A stretch of 64,000 bases of DNA, from positions 1,734 to 65,733 of the forward strand of contig CAVPGH010000003.1 of the NCBI GenBank assembly GCA_963703985.1, read 5' to 3'. Source of the stretch: an uncultured Acidobacteriota bacterium. GTDB taxonomy: Bacteria; Acidobacteriota; Vicinamibacteria; Fen-336. Below, piece after piece: positions 1 to 8,731 of the stretch. A program made the translations under genes and the position numbers. A model generated the notes under the pieces. It did not search any database, was not told the origin of the DNA, and saw only the letters and a program-made list of their open reading frames with translations. The number at the start of each line of letters is the position of its first letter. The first letter of the stretch is position 1.

Positions 1-659
1 CGACGCCGTCAACAACCCGAAGCGGCCCTTCGTGGCGATCATCGGCGGGGCGAAGGTCTCGGGCAAGATCGACGTCATCGAGTCGCTGCTGCCGAAGGTG
101 GACAAGCTGCTCATCGGCGGCGGGATGGCCTTCACCTTCTACAAGGCGCAGGGGAAGGAGATCGGCGACTCGCTCGTCGAGGACGACCGGGTGGAGATGG
201 CGAAGGCGCTCCTGGCCAAGGCCGGCGGCAAGCTCGTCCTGCCCGTGGACACGGTGGTGACCGGCGTCTTCGACTTCGACGCCCGCAAGATCAGCACCCT
301 GAGGACGGTGGCGTGGGACAAGACCGGCCCGAAGGACATCGGCGTCGACATCGGCGAGGCGACCCGGGCGAAGTTCGCGGAGATCGTGAAGGGGGCGAAG
401 ACGGTCGTCTGGAACGGACCGATGGGCGTCTTCGAGATCCCCGAGACGGCGAAGGGCACGCTGGCGATCGCGCAGGCCCTGGCGGACGCCACCGCGAAGG
501 GGGCCATCACCGTCGTGGGCGGCGGCGACTCGGTCGCGGCCATCGAGAAGAACCGCCTCGCCGACAAGGTCACCCACGTCTCGACCGGGCGGCGGCGCCT
601 CCCTCGAGTTCCTCGAGGGCAAGGAGCTGCCCGGCGTCACCTACCTGAGCGACAAGTAG
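1..659 (+). pseudogene. pgk: phosphoglycerate kinase, second copy; 5'-partial at window edge and frameshifted
   Basis: Frame-2 translation from nt 2 ([55 protein letters not shown]...[24 protein letters not shown]) parallels residues ~194-400 of the intact pgk at 38562-39812 with only scattered substitutions. One extra G in the run at 587-589 (accgggcgg here, accggcgg in the intact copy) moves the conserved tail [22 protein letters not shown] into frame 3. That frame stops at TAG 657-659. The gene start lies upstream of the window. Confidence 0.85.
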
Positions 660-678
660 CCCCTGTCATCCTGGGGCT
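658..678 (+). terminator. stem-loop overlapping the pgk-copy stop codon (AGCCCC-9 nt-GGGGCT); no T-tract
   Basis: Inverted repeat read directly from the sequence. The equivalent, longer hairpin follows the intact pgk at 39795-39819. Its function as a terminator is unproven. Confidence 0.3.
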
Positions 679-844
679 CCTGTCTGCCCGGCCCCGAAGG
701 ATCCGCCGGCGCCGACCATTGCGGATCCCCTTCGCCTGCGAAGCCCGGGCCACGCTCAGGGCTCCGCCTCGACCCGACCCGAACGGAGCTCCTCGGGATG
801 ACGGCGCTGCAGTAGTAGACACCCTGCCGGCGGAGCACGCGCCT

Positions 845-1011
845 CTTCCAGTACGGGGGACCGCGCCCCGGCGAGCGGCGGGGCGCCTCGGTCGCCTCGC
901 CCACGACGGAACCAGGAAGCGGGCGACGTTCGCCGGGTCTTCCACCATGGCGAGCAGCCTCATCCGCCCGTGGCACTTGGGGCAGGCGAGGACGTCCACC
1001 GCGAGCTTCCT
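845..1011 (-). mobile_element. IS91-family-like transposase, C-terminal fragment (fragment D), internally frameshifted
   Basis: The minus-strand translation [32 protein letters not shown] continues in another frame as [20 protein letters not shown]. This matches, from memory, the C-terminal CPxCxxxMRxxAxxxxPxxxxxxLxHLGLPTE..P..ARGPP tail of myxobacterial proteins annotated as IS91-family transposases. A TAG lies immediately upstream and there is no N-terminal part. Confidence 0.5.
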
Positions 1012-1133
1012 CTACCACGGGGCGCAATTCACCTTTCGGAGGTCCGGCAGCGCGGCGCGCCGGCTCCTGGCCGCTTCGATCGTCTATCTTCCCTCGCAGT
1101 TTGCGGTGATGATCGTTCCCCGGGGATAACCCG

Positions 1134-1811
1134 TCACATCGGTCGGGGAACCGTGGCCGTCGCACGGGTCGGCTCCTGTGGAGCCTGCGGCAACCCGGCG
1201 ATGGCGTCCGCGATCTGTCCGGCCAGGTCGGCGAGGAGGGCGCTCATGGCCTCGATGGCCAGTCCCGGGTCGCTCGGATCGTGCGCGGGGTCGCGCCGCA
1301 GATCCGCGTCGCGGATGACGAGCGCCCGCTCGCTCCGCGCCGGCAGGAGAACGAAGCGGCCGGAGAGCGACACCTCCCCGCCCGGCTGGGGACCGAAGCG
1401 GACGAGCTCCACACGCACGCGGCAGCGGAGCGGTGTCGAGCCCGGCCAGGGCGCCCGGACGACCCGATGGGAGGGGAGGAGCGTTTCCAGGTCCTCCGCC
1501 AGGACGCGCTGGACGCCCGAGTCCAACGGCTCCGCCCAACGCAGGAATTCGTCGACCCGGACCTCGCCGGGGCCGCTCCACGTCACGAACTGCGGCCGCT
1601 CGAGATGGCCGGGCAGGAGGACGGGAAGCACGCCCACGATGCTCGCGCCGTCCTCGGCCGTGGGTGCTCCAGGCGTCTCCGCTCGGGGCGGCTCCGCCAC
1701 CGGGCGGAGGGCGAAGAAACGGGCCTCCGGCGTGCGCTTCAGGGAGACGCAGCCGGCGAGCGCTCCCAGGGCGAGGCAGGCGACAGTTGCGGGCAGCCGA
1801 TCGCGCATCAC
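1134..1811 (-). CDS. ABC-transport auxiliary lipoprotein (PqiC/YmbA-like), last gene of the Mla/Pqi-like operon
   Basis: 225-aa ORF with a signal peptide plus lipobox (LGALAGC). Its start overlaps the stop of the MCE gene. Size and position are typical of the lipoprotein partner of MCE transporters. GC3 is high. Confidence 0.7.
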   Translation of the reverse strand: MMRDRLPATVACLALGALAGCVSLKRTPEARFFALRPVAEPPRAETPGAPTAEDGASIVGVLPVLLPGHLERPQFVTWSGPGEVRVDEFLRWAEPLDSGVQRVLAEDLETLLPSHRVVRAPWPGSTPLRCRVRVELVRFGPQPGGEVSLSGRFVLLPARSERALVIRDADLRRDPAHDPSDPGLAIEAMSALLADLAGQIADAIAGLPQAPQEPTRATATVPRPM

Positions 1812-2806
1812 TTCTTCTCCTTCGACTGCTCCTTGCCCAGGACCACCGCCTCGGGATGGGTCTGGAGGTAGTCCACGAGGTTGCGGAGCGTCTGCAGGGT
1901 GTGGGTCAGCTCCTCCAGGGCCCGGGTGGCGGTGAGCCGGGCGTCGTCGGTGCCCCGGAGCGTTCCCTTGAGGGCGTCCAGGCTCTCTTCCGCCCGGGCG
2001 GCGGTTTCCCGGAAGGCGCGGAGGGTCTGCCGGGCTTCATCGGCGGTGGGGCCGGTCTCGCTCCGCAGGGTTCCCAGCGTCTCGTCCGCGGTGTGGAAAG
2101 TCTTCTCCATCTGGGCGAGGGTCGACTCCGCTTTCCGGGCGCTCCGGCTGGCGGCGGCGAGGGTGTCCCGGAGGTCGCGCGACTCCAGCACCTCCCGGGC
2201 TGCCTGCAGGGCCTTGCGCACGTCCTCCAGCATCTGGTCGAGCGGCAAGTCCGCCAGCTTGGCGAAGAACACGTCCGCCCGGTCGCTCAGTTTCTCCAGG
2301 GACGTGGGCGTGGTGGGAAGCTCGGGGTATCGCGGGTGGAGCCCCGCGAAGCGAGCCGGTTCCTTGGGGAGGAAGTCGATGTCGATGTACTTCTGGCCGG
2401 TGAGGAGGCTGGCGCTGATCAGGCGCGCGCGGATGCCGCGCTCGATCAGCCCCCGGGCGAAGTCTGCGGGCGACGCCGATGAGGCGAAGGCCGGGGGCAC
2501 GCTCTGCCCTTCGGGGATCTCGATCACGCTCCCCTGGACCTCGATCACCACCTCGATCTGGACGAGCGCTTCCGGCCGGCCGGTCAGGATCGCCTTTACG
2601 TCGTGCACCTTCCCGACCTTGACCCCGCGGAAGGTCACGGGGTTTCCCTTGTCGAGGCCCCTCACGGAGCCGGGGAAGTAGACGGCGAAGCGGTCCCGCC
2701 GCGCGAGCCAGTTTCCGGAGCTGAGGGCGAGGATGGCGGCGAGAACGAGGGCCACCGCCCCCAGGACGAAGACTCCGACCGCCCGGACGTGGGTCCGGGC
2801 GCTCAC
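1808..2806 (-). CDS. MCE-domain (MlaD/PqiB-like) substrate-binding protein
   Basis: 332 aa. It has an N-terminal TM helix (VGVFVLGAVALVLAAILAL), an MCE motif (FPGSVRGLDKGNPVTFRGVKVGKV) and a long helical C-terminus. The GTG start at 2806 overlaps the upstream stop (GTGA). Confidence 0.85.
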   Translation of the reverse strand: MSARTHVRAVGVFVLGAVALVLAAILALSSGNWLARRDRFAVYFPGSVRGLDKGNPVTFRGVKVGKVHDVKAILTGRPEALVQIEVVIEVQGSVIEIPEGQSVPPAFASSASPADFARGLIERGIRARLISASLLTGQKYIDIDFLPKEPARFAGLHPRYPELPTTPTSLEKLSDRADVFFAKLADLPLDQMLEDVRKALQAAREVLESRDLRDTLAAASRSARKAESTLAQMEKTFHTADETLGTLRSETGPTADEARQTLRAFRETAARAEESLDALKGTLRGTDDARLTATRALEELTHTLQTLRNLVDYLQTHPEAVVLGKEQSKEKK

Positions 2807-3564
2807 AGCCGGCCCCGGGTGAGGAACGCCCGCACCTTGGGCTCCAGGCTCTCCCGGAGCTCGCTCGGCTTGCCCTGCGCGATCATGGTCCTCCGCTCCC
2901 CGTCGAGGAAGATTGCGTTGTCCCCGAGCGCGAAGATGCTGGCGAGCTCGTGGGTCACGAGCACGATCGTCGTGCCCGCGCTCTCCCGCTGCTCGAGGAT
3001 GAGGTCGTCCAGCCGCCGCGAGCTCAAGGGGTCGAGCCCCGCGGAGGGCTCGTCGAGATAGAGGATGGCGGGGTCGAGAGCCATGGCCCGGGCGAGGCCC
3101 GCCCGCTTGCGCATTCCCCCGCTGATCTCAGAAGGATGATGCTCCTCGAAGCCGGCCAGCCCCACGAGGGCCAGCTTGAGCCGAGCTATGGCACCCGCTT
3201 CGTCGGGCGAAAGCCCCCGCTTCTCGACGAGGGGGAGGGAGACGTTCTCGGCCAGGGTCATCGAGCTCCAGAGGGCGGCGCTCTGGTAGAGGACCCCGAA
3301 GCGTTGCTTGAGCGCTTCGCGCTGATCGTCGTCCACCGCCCAGAAGGCCTCGCCCTGGTAGAGGACCTCCCCGCGCGCGGGGCGGTGGAGCCCGATCATG
3401 TGGCGCATGAGCGTGCTCTTCCCGCCGCCGCTGTCACCCATGACCACGAAGATCTCGCCGCGACCCACCGTGAAGGTCAGGTCCTTCTGGATGAGATCGT
3501 CGCCGTAGGCCATGGTCAGGTCCTGCACGGCCACCTGGGGCGACGGCGGGCTCGGGGTCGTCAC
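2803..3564 (-). CDS. ABC transporter ATP-binding protein (MlaF-like)
   Basis: 254 aa from GTG 3564 (GTGA overlap with the permease stop). Motifs present: Walker A GDSGGGKST, signature SGGMRKR, Walker B ILYLDEP. The 604-aa ORF in the track is a spurious 5' extension running over the permease gene in another frame. Confidence 0.9.
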   Translation of the reverse strand: MTTPSPPSPQVAVQDLTMAYGDDLIQKDLTFTVGRGEIFVVMGDSGGGKSTLMRHMIGLHRPARGEVLYQGEAFWAVDDDQREALKQRFGVLYQSAALWSSMTLAENVSLPLVEKRGLSPDEAGAIARLKLALVGLAGFEEHHPSEISGGMRKRAGLARAMALDPAILYLDEPSAGLDPLSSRRLDDLILEQRESAGTTIVLVTHELASIFALGDNAIFLDGERRTMIAQGKPSELRESLEPKVRAFLTRGRL

Positions 3565-4697
3565 AGGCGGAGCACGTGCAGGAGCACGGTGGCGATGGCG
3601 TCCACCACCACCACGAGCACGATGCCCACGACCACGGCCTTGGTCGTGGCCTCGCCCACCGCGGCCGCGCTGCGCCCGCAGCGGATGCCGTAGTAGCAGC
3701 CGGTGAGGGCCACCACCAACCCGAAGGCGACGCTCTTGGCCAGCCCGATCCAGACGTGGCGCAGGGCGAGCGCCTCCTGGGTCTGCCGGAGGTACTCCGT
3801 CGTGCCGAGGTGGAGCATGGTCACGCCCACGAACAGGCCCCCGAGTATGCCCATCACGTCCGCGTAGGCCACGAGAGCGGGGAGCATGAGCGCGGTGGCG
3901 AGGACCCGGGGCAGGACGAGGAACTCCACCGGCCGCAGACCCATCGTCACGAGGGCGTCCACCTCCTCGTTCACGGTCATGGTCCCGAGGACGGCGGCGA
4001 AGGAGGCGCCGGTGCGACCGGTCATGACGATCCCGGTCATGATCGGGCCCAGCTCCCGTGCCACCCCGATGGCGACCAGGCTGGCGACGTAGATGGCGGC
4101 CCCGAACTGCTGGAGCTCGACCGCCCCCACGAACGCGAGCACGGTCCCGATGAGGAAGTTGACGAGGGCCACGATCCCGAGGGCCGCGACGCCGGTGGCC
4201 TCGAACGCGTGAAGCAGGTCGACGCGGCGGAAGCGGGCTCGTCCGCGCAGGAAGGCGACGAACGCGAGGACGGTCTCTCCCAGGAAGTCGAGGGCGTCGC
4301 CAGCCGTGCCCGAGGCCAGCAGCGCCACGCGCCCCACGCGCGCTGTGAGCGCGTCGTCCGCGACGGCGTGGGTGAGGGGCCGCGGGGGGACGGCGCGCGC
4401 GAGGGCCAGGAGCTTCCGCGCGCTGGGGGGAAGGCCGCCCGGGTCCAGGTCGATGCCCCGCTCCCCCGCCAACTCGGCCAGCGCGTAGGCGAACGTCACG
4501 AGCGCGCTGTCCCAGTCGGACAGGCCCCGGACGTCGAAGACGAGGCGGCGGGGTGCCACGGCGCCGATCTCGCGGGCCACGGGCTCGACGGACGGGACAC
4601 CCCCGGCCAGCGTCCAATCGCCCGCCAGCCCCAGGCGGAGGTCCGTCCCGTCACGCGTGACGTCGAGAACCCGTTCGCGGATCGTTGCGGCCTCCAC
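3561..4697 (-). CDS. MlaE-family ABC permease with N-terminal STAS/MlaB-like domain
   Basis: 378 aa with a GTG start at 4697. The N-terminal ~110 aa look STAS-like (LRLGLAGDWTL...LVFDVRGLSDWDSALVTF). They are followed by a MlaE-type multi-TM core (LGIVALVNFLIGTVLAFVGAVELQQFGA...ELGPIMTGIVMTGRTGASFAA). Confidence 0.85.
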   Translation of the reverse strand: MEAATIRERVLDVTRDGTDLRLGLAGDWTLAGGVPSVEPVAREIGAVAPRRLVFDVRGLSDWDSALVTFAYALAELAGERGIDLDPGGLPPSARKLLALARAVPPRPLTHAVADDALTARVGRVALLASGTAGDALDFLGETVLAFVAFLRGRARFRRVDLLHAFEATGVAALGIVALVNFLIGTVLAFVGAVELQQFGAAIYVASLVAIGVARELGPIMTGIVMTGRTGASFAAVLGTMTVNEEVDALVTMGLRPVEFLVLPRVLATALMLPALVAYADVMGILGGLFVGVTMLHLGTTEYLRQTQEALALRHVWIGLAKSVAFGLVVALTGCYYGIRCGRSAAAVGEATTKAVVVGIVLVVVVDAIATVLLHVLRL

Positions 4698-4928
4698 TCA
4701 GCTCGAGGAGAGTATATTCCCGGCGGTGCTCGCGCCGGTCGTGGCGGGCCCCCCCCCGGCACCGCCGGTCGAGACCTGGACGATCCCGTCGCTCCTGCTC
4801 TCGGCCAATCCCCTCAAGACGGCATTGGCGGTGGTGAGCGAGGTGACGTTGATGGCGGGATAGGCAAACCTTCCCTTCCGCGCCCGATCGAGCTTCTCGC
4901 AGTACCTGGCATGGTCGGCTACGGGCAT
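4698..4928 (-). pseudogene. fba: class II fructose-bisphosphate aldolase, N-terminal stub (~60 aa of homology)
   Basis: MPVADHARYCEKLDRARKGRFAYPAINVTSLTTANAVLRGLAESRSDGIVQVSTGGA matches the N-terminus of class IIa FBA (compare mycobacterial MPIATPEVYAEML...AFPAINCTSSETVNAA...GSDGIIQFSTGGAEF). Homology stops at a 9-nt C run (4749-4757). The ORF then ends at a TGA directly abutting the permease GTG. Confidence 0.75.
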
Positions 4929-4975
4929 CAGGACCTCCGTCGTGTCAAACGGCGCTCAGGCCTTCGTGGCTCGGG

Positions 4976-5070
4976 CTAAGGGAGCCTCGAGATCTCGTCG
5001 GCCGAGTGGTTCCACGACCAGCTGAGGTCCAGCGCCAGACGGGTGAGGGCATCGGTGTTCTGCATCTCGG
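4976..5070 (-). pseudogene. alpha-glucan phosphorylase (DUF3417-type) N-terminal stub (~25 aa)
   Basis: The minus-strand translation DALTRLALDLSWSWNHSADEI followed by a stop matches the LAxNLxWSWNHxAxxLF signature at the N-terminus of alpha-glucan family phosphorylases. Nothing further of that gene is present. Confidence 0.5.
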
Positions 5071-5287
5071 AAGAGGGATACGCAAGAGGCGCGCCAGTCA
5101 GCCGCGCCAGCCAGGACTCCACAAGAACAACAGCCGCGACGAGTTGGGCGGCAGAGGTCGGACGCGTCCAGGGAATGGCGACCGCGACGTCGCGAGTTCG
5201 CAACGGGATTGCTTTCGAGGTGGAAATGGGTTTACCTAGCTTCTGTCTCAAAACCCAGAAACTACCTATCAAGGCTAGGCCCATCGC

Positions 5288-6867
<1,580 letters not shown>

Positions 6868-6877
<10 letters not shown>

Positions 6878-7128
6878 TCGGCTTGCCGGCCCGCGTCCTT
6901 GTTCCCGATAAGCCGGTACATCGCGGCCCAGTGCGCCGCGCAGGGCTCCGGCCCGCTGGCGAAACCGGCTCCGACGGTGCGGCCCACGATGCAGCCGCAT
7001 TCATAGTGCTCGATCCGAGCCCAGGCCAGCTTCACGCCCTTGCTCTCCAGGTAGGCGCGCGCCAGCCTGTTGTGCTCGACGCTCTGCTCCTCCCGCCTCC
7101 CCTCCGCCGTCAACGTCGCCATTGCCAC
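6868..7128 (-). CDS. hypothetical 86-aa protein (Cys-containing: EHYECGCIVG...PEPCAAHW)
   Basis: The ORF has strongly GC-biased third positions. It lies 6 nt downstream of the STAS gene on the same strand. No family was recognised. Confidence 0.55.
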
Positions 7129-7134
7129 CTCTCT

Positions 7135-7470
7135 CTAGACTCCCGGGTCGCGGCCCACGCGGGCCAGCCACAGCTCGAGCCACCGGGGGCAGGCCAGGAG
7201 CGTGCAGCGCCCCGGCGACAGTCCGGCCAGGACGCGCACGGCGGAATCGTCGACCTGGTCGACCTCCGACAGATCGAGAATGGCCACGCCGCCGTCCACC
7301 GCATCGAGGAGGACTTGGACGGCATCGCCGGTCAGCGACCCGATGACGCGTGCTCGCCCCGGCGTGCCCGGCTCCGGGCTGATCATGAGCCGCCCGGCTC
7401 GCAGCTCGTCCCCCGGACTCGGGGCGGGCGGCGCCGAAAACGGGAGGCTCGGTCGACGAGGCGGCCTCAT
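7135..7470 (-). CDS. STAS-domain protein (anti-sigma-factor-antagonist-like)
   Basis: The C-terminal 83 aa have a STAS pattern (RVIGSLTGDAVQVLLDAVDGGVAILDLSEVDQVDDSAVRVLAGL). The ATG at 7470 overlaps the stop of the upstream small ORF (ATGA), which supports this start. An alternative ATG lies at 7386. Confidence 0.65.
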   Translation of the reverse strand: MRPPRRPSLPFSAPPAPSPGDELRAGRLMISPEPGTPGRARVIGSLTGDAVQVLLDAVDGGVAILDLSEVDQVDDSAVRVLAGLSPGRCTLLACPRWLELWLARVGRDPGV

Positions 7471-7652
7471 GTCCGTTGGCTCGTGATTCGGCCCTGCGCC
7501 TCGAACGATGGGGCGTGGCTGCGGGCGACCAGCCCGAGGCTCGTGATGGGCGCGCCTTTGCGCCGACCCTCGAGAGCCAGCGCGAGAACGGCACCGGCCG
7601 CGACGAGACCGAGCGCGGCTCGGATGACGGGCAGGATGCTCTCCACGGTCAT
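7467..7652 (-). CDS. small (61-aa) single-TM membrane protein, first gene of the STAS mini-operon
   Basis: MTVESILPVIRAALGLVAAGAVLALALEGRRKG... is preceded by GGAAGGAAGGAG. Its stop overlaps the STAS start. GC3 is moderately high. Confidence 0.45.
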   Translation of the reverse strand: MTVESILPVIRAALGLVAAGAVLALALEGRRKGAPITSLGLVARSHAPSFEAQGRITSQRT

Positions 7653-7676
7653 CTCCTTCCTTCCGTTGCATGGCAA

Positions 7677-7965
7677 GGCTCGTTCCGCTCCGACCTCCTA
7701 TTCCGGCTCAACGTGTTCCCGATCCGGGTGCCGCCACTGCGGGAGCGGGCCGAGGACATCTCGCTTTTCGCCGAGTACTGGGCGAGCCAGTACACGCGCA
7801 AAATCGGCAAAGCGGTCCGCGGCATCGACGAACCGGCCATGACCGTGCTCTGCGCCTATCCCTGGCCGGGCAACATCCGCGACCTGCAGAACGTCGTCGA
7901 GCGCGCGGTGATCCTCGCTCGGGGGAGCGTCCTCGAGCTCTCCCATTTTCAGCTTCCCGGCCTCG
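7677..7965 (+). pseudogene. internal fragment (~95 aa) of a sigma-54 EBP
   Basis: [93 protein letters not shown] aligns with residues ~365-460 of the EBP at 5288-6877 (nucleotide similarity is visible between 6381-6650 and 7681-7960). Walker A/GAFTGA and the HTH are absent. The enclosing 419-aa ORF is an artefact. Confidence 0.8.
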
Positions 7966-8003
7966 GCTCCCAGTCCCGTCGCCCTGTCGGACGCCTGCCT
8001 CCC

Positions 8004-8495
8004 TCACGGGACAGGGCGGCGTGCCGGCGGCGGAAAGTTCTCCAGCAGCTTCTCGACCGCCGTCTTGACCTGTTCCGCAATCTCGCTCGGTCCGAATTTC
8101 AGCACGCCCCCGGCGTGCCCGCGCCAGACGACGTTCCCCGAAGCCGCGTCCAGCATGTCGACGACCAGCGAGCCCTTCTCGACGTACCGAATGCCTGGGG
8201 GGGTGGACACGACAGCGCTCTTGATGGGCGCGAGATCGATCTGGGTCGTCTTCGACGCGTGATAGACGACGAGCAGCGTGCCGTCTCTGTCGACCCGGGA
8301 GATCCCGCGCTCGGCGAGCCCATTTTCGATCGCCTCCCGGATCCGCTTGTCGGTCACCGGATTGGCAGCGGGCGTCACTGCTCGGTGCCAGCTCCAGGTC
8401 TCGTACCGCGAGAAGTCGACCTTGGGGTCGTACTCGACGGAGGTAGCCGTCGCCGCCGCCAACAGCAAGAACGTCATCAAGGTCGCCATGGTCAT
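8004..8495 (-). CDS. DUF4136-like secreted protein or lipoprotein
   Basis: MTMATLMTFLLLAAATATSVEYDPKVDFSRYETWSWH...VVDMLDAASGNVVWRGHA is a paralog of the gene at 53443-53952 (KVNYDRRVDFTRYRTWRW...LLDMIDASSGKVVWRGEA). GGAGG lies upstream; the start is ATG 8495 or 8489. The longer 234-aa ORF is an extension. Confidence 0.8.
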   Translation of the reverse strand: MTMATLMTFLLLAAATATSVEYDPKVDFSRYETWSWHRAVTPAANPVTDKRIREAIENGLAERGISRVDRDGTLLVVYHASKTTQIDLAPIKSAVVSTPPGIRYVEKGSLVVDMLDAASGNVVWRGHAGGVLKFGPSEIAEQVKTAVEKLLENFPPPARRPVP

Positions 8496-8731
8496 GCCTC
8501 CGATTCCCTCGAAGCAACTCTCATGCCGGCGAGCAAGTTGCTGGCCGCCCGAAGGAGACCCAGGCTGCCGGCCGAGGGTGCCACCCGCCCCTCGGAGGCG
8601 AGACCTCCGCCGTCGTTGCGGATTCGCGACGACGGCGTGAGCCGACGGACCGCCAGCGCCGGTCGGTGGCTCGCCAGGGCGGAGTTTCTGCTTCGCGCTG
8701 GTTGGCATGAGTCCTGCCCCTGTGCTCAGGC

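Larger units (their letters stand above)
1..680. repeat. direct repeat, arm 1 (pgk 3' half + hairpin), partner 39141-39822
   Basis: By-eye alignment shows roughly 95% identity over ~680 bp. Similarity ends just after the stem-loop in both copies. Confidence 0.9.

Noticed and set aside
2803-4617. The 604-aa ORF, read as a giant ABC ATPase.
   Set aside because: Only the last 254 aa are ABC-like. The N-terminal 350 aa are an out-of-frame reading across the permease gene. A GTG at 3564 with a GTGA overlap gives a normal-sized protein.
4749-4757. The C9 homopolymer as a phase-variation switch.
   Set aside because: It lies inside a dead fba stub, not within an intact ORF or at a defined promoter spacer. 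It is more likely a deletion endpoint or an error-prone tract. It is mentioned only under the fba-stub finding.
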